From contig NC_082730.1 of NCBI RefSeq assembly GCF_030144855.1, positions 14,074,001 to 14,138,000 on the forward strand: 64,000 nt of DNA. Direction: 5' to 3'. The notes under the pieces were generated by a model. That model was not told where the DNA came from. It was given only the letters and a program-made list of their open reading frames with translations, and made no database searches. A program made the position numbers and the translations under genes. Below, piece after piece: positions 51,295 to 64,000 of this stretch. Position 1 is the first letter of the stretch; the number at the start of each line of letters is the position of its first letter. The DNA is from Hypanus sabinus. Its lineage: Eukaryota.

Positions 51295-52457
51295 GTGTAT
51301 GCATCAGTGCAATGAGTGCAACAGCACAGGCGCATAGAATCACACAGTAATGCATGGTTCCCTATGTCAATCAATCTGATAGTTTCACTTTTGCCTTTGC
51401 AGGGACGTGATCAATCAGATCCTCACATTCTGGTCCATGAGAAAAAGAGAATTATCCCAGATTACACTGACCGTACAAGAGTATTGCACCAAGATTAATT
51501 ATCTTTGTAGAACTTCCTTACAGAATTAATATCTTGTCATTAAAACATTGTCTTAATGAAGTTGAAATCAAAACAATCTTGTCATGCTTCAAGATACTGG
51601 CTTTGTTTAATAGGAATCCACTTGCAACCCTTCACCCACACTGATCTTAATATTATGACATCTTCTCTAGTTATCTTGCATAAACCCAGCATAAATTTTT
51701 AACCTTTTTATGATCACAAACTGCTCAAAATTCTTTTATCATGATGACATCTCCTCTTGGGCTCCCATTCAGGTACTGGAATCAACATCTCTGAAGAAGA
51801 TGACAGATATTGTCATCAAAGTGTTGGTTATAATCAATATGAGTGTCCGCTTGAAGCATGAGAATAGTTTATTTCTCATATACACCAGGAAACAGTAAAT
51901 CTGTTCTGTCAGATTCAAATTACTGCCTTCACTGTTGGTTATTTCAATAAACAATTATAAACATATTAATGAAAATTCTTCTTCATAAAGTTCAGTTTTC
52001 AATGAAAAGTGCATCCATTCATTCTATTTAGAAAATTACTTCACTTGTGAGTTCAGGGTCCTAGATTCTCCTTAAGGTGTCAATAGCTGGAAATTTTTTG
52101 GAGAAGGAATCAAATAACCTCCAGACGAAGACATGCCAAAGGAATGATTTTATTGAAAACGTTGACCTGAATTAATAGCTTTGTTATTCTCCTTGTACTG
52201 TAGTTGTTGGTTGACCTGTTGAGCATTTCTATCATTTGCAGAATTCATTTCGGATAGACACATATTTTTCTTTTTGTATTCAGGAATATTATTACACAGA
52301 AAAATACTGCAATGTTATTTACTTTGAGCACATTTGCTGTCATTGTACAAAGGTCTTAAGGGCACTGACCAATGGAAAGTAATGTCAGGTACTGAATAAT
52401 GTCAAATGGATGACTATTCACCATATGTGCTGAGCACAATCTTATCATCATGAGCAC
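51295..52457. repeat. Third copy of segment Y
   Basis: Direct match to 6733-7745; inverted match to 10935-11965. Confidence 0.85.
51403..51498 (+). pseudogene. Orphan paralogous terminal exon
   Basis: ctttgcag|GRDQSDPHILVHEKKRIIPDYTDRTRVLHQD*; AATAAA at 51946-51951; no upstream TM exon seen. Confidence 0.6.
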
Positions 52458-53295
52458 ACAATACTCCAAATTAGGCCTTAGCAATTTCTTATAAAACTTC
52501 AAAATAACATCCCATCTCCTGTATTCAATATTTTGATTTTTAACCTATAATGGCGAATGTGCCGAAAGCTTTATTATGACCCTATCAAACTCTGATGGCA
52601 TTTTTAATTAATTATGGACCTTTACTCCCAGATCCTTTTGTTCTATCACATCCCTCAGTGTCCTATTTTTCACTGTGTAAGACCTACTCTGGTTGGTTCT
52701 ACCAAAGTGCAACATCTCACACTTGTCTGCATTAAATTCCATCTTCTATTCTTCAACCTATTTACCCAGCTGGTTCACAACCTGCTACAAGCGAGGATAG
52801 TCTTCCCAGGTATCCACTACCAACCCCCCGATCTTGGTGTCATCCGCAAATTTGCTGATCCAGTGAACCACACTGTCATCCAGATTTTTGACTTAAGTGA
52901 CAAACTTCAACCGCCCAGTACCGATACCTGTGCCATTCCACTAGTCGCAGACCTTCAGTCAGAGATGCAACCATCAATACCACTCTCTCACTTCTCCCAC
53001 AAAGTCAAGACCTGATACAGTTTACTAACTCATCAAATGAACCTTCTTGATGAACTCCCCATGTGGGACCTTGTCAAATGCTTTGCTAAAGTCCATGTAG
53101 CAATATCGACTGCCTTGCCTTCATCAACTTTCCCGGTAACTTCCTAGCAAAATTCTATAAGATTGTTTAGGTACGTTCTACCATGCATGAGCCCACACTG
53201 ACTAAAGCTAATCAGTCCACGTCTATTCAAATACTCATGCTTCCAGCTCTTTAGAATATATTCTAATTACTTTCCCACTGTTGGTGTCAGGATGG
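52458..53295 (-). mobile_element. CR1 RT fragment at the junction between Y and X'
   Basis: Minus strand encodes MDFSKAFDKVPH and KFADDTKIGG. Confidence 0.85.
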
Positions 53296-53304
53296 ATTCA
53301 GATA

Positions 53305-55415
53305 GATTCAGGATGGAGGAATCAAGATGAACAATGTACAAGGGACTCACTGAAAGAGTGCATGAAGGGAATTTGCAAATACGAGCATTTGGAGTAGGGG
53401 TTGCAAACTTTTTTATGCTATGGACCAATACTTTTAAATAATGGATCCATGGACCCCAGGATGGGAACTCCTGATTTAAAGGGTAAATTAATGAGAACAT
53501 GTAGAAGAAGTAAGTTGATGTAAACAAGATAAATTCACTTTATAATGATAATAGAAAAAGAAGCAAATAAGCAAGTCAAATATATAAGGGAAAAGCAGCT
53601 ATTTCATAGAACAGGACAGCAATGTATGGGCTCTTTGGCCCATCATGTTGTGCTGGCCCTTTAACCTATTCCAATAATGATCTAACCCTTTCCTCCCACA
53701 CAGCTGTTTGTTCATGTGCCTATCTTAAGTCTCCCAAAGTATTCATCTCTACTGTACCCGGAAGCATATTCCATGCACTTGCCACTCTCTGTGTAAGTAT
53801 CCTACCTCTGACAACCCACCTATACTTTCCCTCTTAACTAAAATTATGACTTCTCTTCTTACAGTTCAAAGTAAATTTATTATCAGAGTATATATTCATT
53901 TTTTACATTATTATCAGAGTATTTCTCTTACCCCCTTTGTCCAAAGAGAAAAGCCCTAGCACACTTCAACTATCTTCACACATGTTGTCTATACCAGGTA
54001 GCATCCTGGTAAGTCTCCTCTAAATCTTTTACAGCCTTCCGATATTGAGATGACATGAACTGCACTGCTACGCTGAAATTATTAAATGTTTAGGGTAAGA
54101 AGATTATCTTTTATCTCAGGCTTGATACTTGTACAAGAAAATCAGGAATACTCAGTTTTCAATTCATGATTTCTTTGAAGATAATCATGTCAAATGTGTT
54201 TAACATGCTAAAGAAAAATAGATTTTTCTCCCAACTGGCTCTGTTTGGAAGCAATAGTAGTGAAAGCACCCGTAGAGAGCCTTAAACTTTATATGATGTA
54301 GATTCTTCCAGTTCTGCAGTTGTCATTGATTCTGTCACAGTATTTTCACAGAAACAAATCAGCCCTGTTAAAAGTGTTCCATGCTTCCAGCACCAAGATA
54401 GCTTACCTGTGAATTACCAAGTACCTGAGAATCTTTGGAATGTGGCACAATGGAAACACAATGCCAACATGGATCAGCTACACTCAATGGCCATTTTATA
54501 AGGCACCGCTGTACACCTGCTCATTAATGCAAAAACTGATCAACTAATCATGTGGTGGCAACTCAATGCTTAAAAGCATGTGGGGAAGTGACAGTAACTC
54601 AATATTGCAACAGTGGAATGCAGAAGCGCATCACTGAATGGACGACATGTTGAAACTTGAAATGGATGGACTGTGGTAGCAGAAGACCACAGGCGTTCAC
54701 TAAGTGGTCACTGTATAAGGGTACAGGAGTAACCTAATAAAGTAGCCATAGGGTGTATTTATCACATGTACATTAAGACATACATTGAGATCTGCCATTT
54801 TGCATCAGTTCAAGTTGGGGTTTGTGAGATCTAAAGTACATTTTTATTGCATGAGAGGACATTTCAAGAGTTTTATAACAGTGGACCATAGCTGTCCTTG
54901 TATTCTTGAGCTGTTATATCTTCTGCCCAACAGGAATGGGGAGAAGAGAGAAAGACCCATGTGGTAGGATTCCCTGGTTATGTTGTTGGCTTTAAGGACC
55001 TTTGGGTTAATTGACCACTGTCAATAGCCATTAATGGGTAGGTGACTGGTAGAATCTACGGGCAGTTGAGGTAAAACCGGAGAGTAATGGATGCAAAATA
55101 TTGGAGGAATTTAGCAGGTCAGGCAGCATCTATGGAGAAGAATATACAGTCAACATTTCAGGCCAAGACCCTTCACTAGGATGGCATAGTAAGGGAGCAA
55201 AAGCCAGAAGAAGAAGCTGAGAAGAAGGGGTGCAGTGGATGGTGGGTAGATGTAAGAAGGAGGATGAACTAGGAAGCTTGGAGGTGAAAGGTGGACGAGA
55301 TCTCTTCAATGAACCTAATTTATCTCCCTTTATCACCAGTGATGACACTGTGACCCACGTACTTGGACTCCAGTGGAACACAGAGCCTGCACTTGGACTT
55401 GACTCGAACACATAG
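53305..55415. repeat. Segmental duplication X' (inverted copy)
   Basis: Lacks the insertions at 4747-5430 and 5691-6354 and the sequence at ~3907-4275. Confidence 0.9.
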
Positions 55416-56177
55416 CCTGGACTTGGACTAAAGACATGTTTCCTGATGGTAGTCTGAAATCTCACCTTAGCCAGTCTGCACCTATGTCTCCTTGATTTCC
55501 TTTATTTCACAGAAATATATCAAAGAAATGCAGTTTTTGTATCACTTTCATGTCAATGAACAACACAGTGTGAAGATGAACTTCCTTACCACTGACTCAA
55601 ACTGCAAGTTCCCTATTAGGGGAACTTCTGCATGAGGCACACAAGACCATTTGCAACTCAAGAGAAGATGTAAATGCCATGTTTATCAAAGCTCCCTTCC
55701 AGGACCTGCTTGCAAGTTTGGAACAAAACCAACTCACATCCTGTGTTTAACTATTTTCAACTCATGCCCTCTCCCACCTCACGATAAAGGAGCTCAGACC
55801 ATCACCCCATTATAGGAGGGATGTGGAAAAATAGACAGTATGCAGAGGAAAATTACAATGATGCTGTCTGGAATAGTACACATATTTTATGAGGATAGTT
55901 TAAGCAAGTTGGGTTTTCTCTTTCGATTGAAGGAGGGTGAAAGGAGACAATAAAAAGTGTACAAGAAGAGAAAAGGCACTGATCGAGTGGATAGCTAGAG
56001 ACTTTTTCTCAGAGCAAAAACAGCTAATGCAAGTGGGCATAATTTTAAGGTGACTGGAGGAAGTATAGTGTGCACGTCAGAGGTAGATTTTTGTTCCTAT
56101 ACAGAACAGTGAGACCAGGCTCTACATTCCACTCAAGTCCAAGTCCCTTTACCACCAGTGCTGACTGTGTGTTCCAC

Positions 56178-59100
56178 ATACTTGAACTCAAGTTGAACAC
56201 CGAGCCTGGATTTGAACTCGAGTGGAACACTGAGCCTGGACATGAACTCAAGTGGAACACAGAGCCTGGACTTGGACTCGAGTGGAACACCGAGCCTGGA
56301 CTTGGACTCGAGTGGAACACCGAAACTGGACTTGAAACTGAGTGGAACACCGAGCCTGGACTTGAACTCGAGTGGAACACCGACTCTGGACATGGAACCG
56401 AGTGGAACACTGAGCCTGGACTTGGACTCGAGTGGAACACCGAGTCTGGACATGGAACCAAGTGGAACACCGAGCCTGGACTTGGACACGAGTGGAACAC
56501 CGAGCCTGGACTTGGACTCGAGTGGAACACCGAGCCTGGACTTGGACTCAAGTGGAACACCGAGTCTGGACTGGGACTCGAGTGGAACACCGAACCTGGA
56601 CGTGGACTCGAGTGGAACACCGAGTCTGGACATGGAACCTAGTGGAGCACTGAGCCTGGACTTGGACTTGAGTGGAACACCGAGACTGGACTTGGAACTG
56701 AGTGGAACACCAAGTCTGGACTTGGACTCGAGTGGAACACCGAGCCTGGACTTGAACTCGAGTGGAACACCGACTCTGGACATGGAACCGAGTGGAACAC
56801 CGGGCCTGGACTTGGACTCGAGTGGAACACCGAGTCTGGACATGGAACCAAGTGGAACACCGAGCCTGGACTTGGACTCGAGTGGAAAACCGAGCCTGGA
56901 CTTGGACTCGAGTGGAACACCGAGCCTGGACTTGGACTCAAGTGGAACACCGAACCTGGACTTGGACTCGAGTGGAACACCGAGTCTGGACATGGAATCA
57001 AGTGGAACACCGAGCCTGGACTTGGACTCGAGCGGAACACCAAGTCTGGACATGGAACCAAGTGGAACACCGAGCCTGGACTTGGACTCGAGTGGAACAC
57101 CGAGCCTGGACTTGGACACGAGTGGAACACCGAGCCTGGACTTGGACTCGAGCGGAACACCGAGTCTGGACATGAAACCAAGTGGAACACTGAGCCTGAA
57201 CTTGGACTCGAGTGGAACACCGAGCCTAGACTTGGACTCGAGTGGAACACCGAGCCTGGACTTGGACTCGAGTGGAACACCGAACCTGGACGTGGACTCA
57301 AGTGGAACACCGAGTCTGGACATGGAACCTAGTGGCGCACTGAGCCTGGACTTGGACTTGAGTGGAACACCGAGACTGGACTTGGAACTGAGTGGAACAC
57401 CAAGCCTGGACTTGGACTCGAGTGGAACACCGAGACTGGACTTGGAACTGAGTGGAACACCAAGTCTGGACTTGGACTCGAGTGGAAGACTGAGCCTGGA
57501 CTTGGACTCGAGTGGAACACCGAGTCTGGACATGGAACCGAGTGGAACACCGAGCCTGGACTTGGACTCGAGCGGAACACCGACTCTGGACATGGAACCG
57601 AGTGGAACACCGAGCCTGGACTTGGACTCGAGCAAAACACCGAGTCTGGACATGGAACCAAGTGGAACACCGAGCCTGGACATGGAACCGAGTGGAACAC
57701 CGAGCCTGGACTTGGACTCGAGCGGAACACCGGGTCTGGACATGGAACCAAGTGGAACACCGAGCCTGGACTGGACTCGAGTGGAACACTGAGCCTGGAC
57801 TTGGACTCGAGTGGAACACTGAGCCTGGACTTGGACTCGAGTGGAACACCTAGCCTGGACTTGGACTCGAGTGGAACACCGAGCCTGGACTTGGACTCGA
57901 GTGGAACACCGAGCCTGGACTTGGACTCGAGTGGAACACTGAGCCTGGACTTGGACTCGAGTGGAACACCGAGCCTGGACTTGGACTCGAGCGGAACACC
58001 GAGCCTGGACTTGGAACTGAGTGGAACACCGAGCCTGGACTTGGACTCGAGTGGAACACCGAGCCTGGACTTGAACTCGAGTGGAACACCGAGCCTGGAC
58101 TTGGACTCGTGGAACACCGAACCTGGACTTGGACTCGAGTGGAACACCGAGTCTGGACATGGACTCAAGTGGAACACCGAGCCTGGACTTGGACTCGAGC
58201 GGAACACCGAGTCTGGACATGGAACCAAGTGGAACACCGAGCCTGGACTTGGACTCGAGTGGAACACCGAGCCTGGACTTGGACTCGAGTGGAACACCGA
58301 GCCTGGACTTGGACACGAGTGGAACACCGAGCCTGGACTTGGACTCGAGCGGAACACCGAGTCTGGACATGGAACCAAGTGGAACACTGAGCCTGAACTT
58401 GGACTCGAGTGGAACACCGAGCCTAGACTTGGACTCGAGTGGAACACCGAGCCTGGACTTGGACTCGAGTGGAACACCGAACCTGGACGTGGACTCAAGT
58501 GGAACACCGAGTCTGGACATGGAACCTAGTGGCGCACTGAGCCTGGACTTGGACTTGAGTGGAACACCGAGACTGGACTTGGAACTGAGTGGAACACCAA
58601 GCCTGGACTTGGACTCGAGTGGAACACCGAGCCTGGACTTGGAACTGAGTGGAACACCAAGTCTGGACTTGGACTCGAGTGGAAGACTGAGCCTGGACTT
58701 GGACTCGAGTGGAACACCGAGTCTGGACATGGAACCGAGTGGAACACCGAGCCTGGACTTGGACTCGAGCGGAACACCGACTCTGGACATGGAACCGAGT
58801 GGAACACCGAGCCTGGACTTGGACTCGAGCAAAACACCGAGTCTGGACATGGAACCAAGTGGAACACCGAGCCTGGACATGGAACCGAGTGGAACACCGA
58901 GCCTGGACTTGGACTCGAGCGGAACACCGGGTCTGGACATGGAACCAAGTGGAACACCGAGCCTGGACTGTACTCGAGTGGAACACTGAGCCTGGACTTG
59001 GACTCGAGTGGAACACTGAGCCTGGACTTGGACTCGAGTGGAACACCTAGCCTGGACTTGGACTCGAGTGGAACACCGAGCCTGGACATGGACTCGAGTG

Positions 59101-62100
59101 GAACACCGAGCCTGGACTTGGACTCGAGTGGAACACTGAGCCTGGACTTGGACTCGAGTGGAACACCGAGCCTGGACTTGGACTCGAGCGGAACACCGAG
59201 CCTGGACTTGGAACTGAGTGGAACACCGAGCCTGGACTTGGACTCGAGTGGAACACCGAGCCTGGACTTGAACTCGAGTGGAACACCGAGCCTGGACTTG
59301 AACTCGAGTGGAACACCGAGCCTGGACTTGAACTCGAGTGGAACACCGAGCCTGGACTTGGACTCAAGTCGAACACCGAGCCTGGACTTGGACTCAAGTG
59401 GAACACCGAGCCTGGACTTGGACTCGAGTGGAATACCGAACCTGGACATGGACTCGAGTGGAACACCGAACCTGGACTTGGAACTGAGTGGAACACCGAG
59501 CCTGGACTGGACTCGAGTGGAACACCTAGCCTGGACTGGACTCGAGTGGAACACCGAGCCTGGACTTGAACTCGAGTGGAACCGAGCCTGGACTTGGACT
59601 CGAGTGGAACACCGAGCCTGGACTTGGACTCGAATGGAACACCGAGCCTGGACTTGTACTCGAGTGGAACACCGAGCCTGGTCTTGGACTCGAGTGGAAC
59701 ACCGAGCCTGGACTTGGACACGAGTGGAACACCGAGCCTGGACTTGGACTCGAGTGGAACACCGAGCCTGGACTTGGACTCGAGTGGAACACCGAGTCTG
59801 GACATGGAACCTGGTGGAACACCGAGCCTGAACTTGGACTCGAGTGGAACACTGAGCCTGGACTTGGACTCGAGTGGAACACTGAGCCTGGACTTGGACT
59901 CGAGTGGAACACCTAGCCTGGACTTGGACTCGAGTGGAACACCGAGCCTGGACTTGGACTCGAGTGGAACACCGAGCCTGGACTTGGACTCGAGTGGAAC
60001 ACTGAGCCTGGACTTGGACTCGAGTGGAACACCGAGCCTGGACTTGGACTCGAGCGGAACACCGAGCCTGGATTTGGAACTGAGTGGAACACCGAGCCTG
60101 GACTTGGACTCGAGTGGAACACCGAGCCTGGACTTGAACTCGAGTGGAACACCGAGCCTGGACTTGGACTCCAGTGGAACACCGAGCCTGGACTTGGACT
60201 CGAGCGGAACACCGAGCCTGGACTTGGACTCGAGCGGAACACCGAGCCTGGACTTGGAACTGAGTGGAACACCGAGCCTGGACTTGGACTCGAGTGGAAC
60301 ACCGAGCCTGGACTTGAACTCGAGTGGAACACCGAGACTGGACTTGGACTCAAGTCGAACACCGAGCCTGGACTTGGACTCAAGTGGAATACCGAACCTG
60401 GACATGGACTCGAGTGGAACACCGAACCTGGACTTGGAACTGAGTGGAACACCGAGCCTGGACTGGACTCGAGTGGAACACCGAGCCTGGACTTGAACTC
60501 GAGTGGAACACCGAGCCTGGACTTGGACTCGAGTGGAATACCGAACCTGGACATGGACTCGAGTGGAACACCGAACCTGGACTTGGAACTGAGTGGAACA
60601 CCGAGCCTAGACTTGGACTCGAGTGGAACACCGAGCCTGGACTTGGACTCGAGTGGAACACCGAACCTGGACGTGGACTCAAGTGGAACACCGAGTCTGG
60701 ACATGGAACCTAGTGGCGCACTGAGCCTGGACTTGGACTTGAGTGGAACACCGAGACTGGACTTGGAACTGAGTGGAACACCAAGCCTGGACTTGGACTC
60801 GAGTGGAACACCGAGACTGGACTTGGAACTGAGTGGAACACCAAGTCTGGACTTGGACTCGAGTGGAAGACTGAGCCTGGACTTGGACTCGAGTGGAACA
60901 CCGAGTCTGGACATGGAACCGAGTGGAACACCGAGCCTGGACTTGGACTCGAGCGGAACACCGACTCTGGACATGGAACCGAGTGGAACACCGAGCCTGG
61001 ACTTGGACTCGAGCAAAACACCGAGTCTGGACATGGAACCAAGTGGAACACCGAGCCTGGACATGGAACCGAGTGGAATACCGAGCCTGGACGGACTCGA
61101 GCGGAACACCGGGTCTGGACATGGAACCAAGTGGAACACCGAGCCTGGACTGGACTCGAGTGGAACACTGAGCCTGGACTTGGACTCGAGTGGAACACTG
61201 AGCCTGGACTTGGACTCGAGTGGAACACCTAGCCTGGACTTGGACTCGAGTGGAACACCGAGCCTGGACTTGGACTCGAGTGGAACACCGAGCCTGGACT
61301 TGGACTCGAGTGGAACACTGAGCCTGGACTTGGACTCGAGTGGAACACCGAGCCTGGACTTGGACTCGAGCGGAACACCGAGCCTGGACTTGGAACTGAG
61401 TGGAACACCGAGCCTGGACTTGGACTCGAGTGGAACACCGAGCCTGGACTTGGACTCAAGTGGAACACCGAACCTGGACTTGGACTCAAGTCGAACACCG
61501 AGCCTGGACTTGGACTCAAGTGGAACACCGAGCCTGGACTTGGACTCGAGTGGAATACCGAACCTGGACATGGACTCGAGTGGAACACCGAACCTGGACG
61601 TGGACTCAAGTGGAACACCGAGCCTGGACTTGGACTCAAGTCGAACACCGAGCCTGGACTTGGACTCAAGTGGAACACCGAGCCTGGACTTGGACTCGAG
61701 GGGAACACCGAACCTGGACTTGGACTCGAGTGGAACACCGAGCCTGGACTTGGACTCGAGTGGAACACCGAGCCTGGACTTGGACTCCAGTGGAACACCG
61801 AGCCTGGACTGGACTCGAGTGGAACACTGAGCCTGGACTTGGACTCGAGTGGAACACTGAGCCTGGACTTGGACTCGAGCGGAACACCGAGCCTGGACTT
61901 GGACTCGAGCGGAACACCGAGCCTGGACTTGGAACTGAGTGGAACACCGAGCCTGGACTTGGACTCGAGTGGAACACCGAGCCTGGACTTGAACTCGAGT
62001 GGAACACCGAGACTGGACTTGGACTCAAGTCGAACACCGAGCCTGGACTTGGACTCAAGTGGAATACCGAACCTGGACATGGACTCGAGTGGAACACCGA

Positions 62101-64000
62101 ACCTGGACTTGGAACTGAGTGGAACACCGAGCCTGGACTGGACTCGAGTGGAACACCGAGCCTGGACTTGAACTCGAGTGGAACACCGAGCCTGGACTTG
62201 GACTCGAGTGGAATACCGAACCTGGACATGGACTCGAGTGGAACACCGAACCTGGACTTGGAACTGAGTGGAACACCGAGCCTAGACTTGGACTCGAGTG
62301 GAACACCGAGCCTGGACTTGGACTCGAGTGGAACACCGAACCTGGACGTGGACTCAAGTGGAACACCGAGTCTGGACATGGAACCTAGTGGCGCACTGAG
62401 CCTGGACTTGGACTTGAGTGGAACACCGAGACTGGACTTGGAACTGAGTGGAAGACTGAGCCTGGACTTGGACTCGAGTGGAACACCGACTCTGGACATG
62501 GAACCGAGTGGAACACCGAGCCTGGACTTGGACTCGAGCAAAACACCGAGTCTGGACATGGAACCAAGTGGAACACCGAGCCTGGACATGGAACCGAGTG
62601 GAACACCGAGCCTGGACTTGGACTCGAGCGGAACACCGGGTCTGGACATGGAACCAAGTGGAACACCGAGCCTGGACTGGACTCGAGAGGAACACTGAGC
62701 CTGGACTTGGACTCGAGTGGAACACTGAGCCTGGACTTGGACTCGAGTGGAACACCTAGCCTGGACTTGGACTCGAGTGGAACACCGAGCCTGGACTTGG
62801 ACTCGAGTGGAACACCGAGCCTGGACTTGGACTCGAGTGGAACACTGAGCCTAGACTTGGACTCGAGTGGAACACCGAGCCTGGACTTGGACTCGAGCGG
62901 AAAACCGAGCCTGGACTTGGAACTGAGTGGAACACCGAGCCTGGACTTGGACTCGAGTGGAACACCGAGCCTGGACTTGAACTCGAGTGGAACACCGAGC
63001 CTGGACTTGGACTCAAGTCGAACACCGAGCCTGGACTTGGACTCAAGTGGAACACCGAGCCTGGACTTGGACTCGAGTGGAATACCGAACCTGGACATGG
63101 ACTCGAGTGGAACACCGAACCTGGACGTGGACTCAAGTGGAACACCGAGCCTGGACTTGGACTCAAGTCGAACACCGAGCCTGGACTTGGACTCAAGTGG
63201 AACACCGAGCCTGGACTTGGACTCGAGTGGAACACCGAACCTGGACGTGGACTCAAGTGGAACACCGAGTCTGGACATGGAACCTAGTGGCGCACTGAGC
63301 CTGGACTTGGACTTGCGTGGAACACCGAGACTGGACTTGGAACTGAGTGGAACACCAAGCCTGGACTTGGACTCGAGTGGAACACCGAGACTGGACTTGG
63401 AACTGAGTGGAACACCAAGTCTGGACTTGGACTCGAGTGGAAGACTGAGCCTGGACTTGGACTCGAGTGGAACACCGAGTCTGGACATGGAACCGAGTGG
63501 AACACCGAGCCTGGACTTGGACTCGAGCGGAACACCGACTCTGGACATGGAACCGAGTGGAACACCGAGCCTGGACTTGGACTCGAGCAAAACACCGAGT
63601 CTGGACATGGAACCAAGTGGAACACCGAGCCTGGACATGGAACCGAGTGGAACACCGAGCCTGGACTTGGACTCGAGCGGAACACCGGGTCTGGACATGG
63701 AACCAAGTGGAACACCGAGCCTGGACTGGACTCGAGTGGAACACTGAGCCTGGACTTGGACTCGAGTGGAACACTGAGCCTGGACTTGGACTCGAGTGGA
63801 ACACCTAGCCTGGACTTGGACTCGAGTGGAACACCGAGCCTGGACTTGGACTCGAGTGGAACACCGAGCCTGGACTTGGAACTGAGTGGAACACCGAGCC
63901 TGGACTTGGACTCGAGTGGAACACCGAGCCTGGACTTGAACTCGAGTGGAACACCGAGCCTGGACTTGGACTCAAGTCGAACACCGAGCCTGGACTTGGA
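56178..64000. repeat. 30-bp tandem array, ~260 units, continuing past the window end; consensus GAGTGGAACACCGAGCCTGGACTTGGACTC
   Basis: Directly visible 30-nt period with recurrent variants and occasional 1-2 nt deletions. Confidence 0.98.

Noticed and set aside
56045-63808. Long ORFs (up to 935 aa) in all six frames, e.g. (SSGTPSLDLD)n mucin-like
   Set aside because: The 30-bp consensus happens to be stop-free in every frame. Recurrent 1-2 nt deletions shift frames freely, and no splice or start context was found.
56178-64000. CRISPR-like array (30-bp repeats)
   Set aside because: Head-to-tail units without unique spacers, no cas genes, vertebrate context.

Overview
This is vertebrate genomic DNA, most likely a cartilaginous fish (ray/shark), inferred from the CR1/L1/Penelope/Tc1/SINE repeat mix and the Ig-domain style. 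It is not prokaryotic, and most ORF-track entries are repeat-derived. The core is part of an Ig-superfamily paired-receptor cluster (pIgR-like/CD300-like). On the + strand there is a last exon with ITIMs (499-753). On the - strand there is a spliced gene from about 28215 to 11760: leader, V, truncated C2, V, C2, stalk, Arg-containing TM and a short tail. This gene carries several disabling lesions. Orphan copies of receptor exons lie inside inverted and direct segmental duplications (about 2.9-8.8 kb, 10.4-12 kb and 51.3-55.4 kb). Between them are a near full-length decayed L1 with TSD, large CR1 copies, two solo LTRs and Penelope-like fragments carrying minimal hammerhead-ribozyme motifs. The last ~7.8 kb is a 30-bp tandem array whose 1-2-unit seed is visible in paralogous segments. 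Exon boundaries were read by eye from splice signals and phase; repeat boundaries are approximate.
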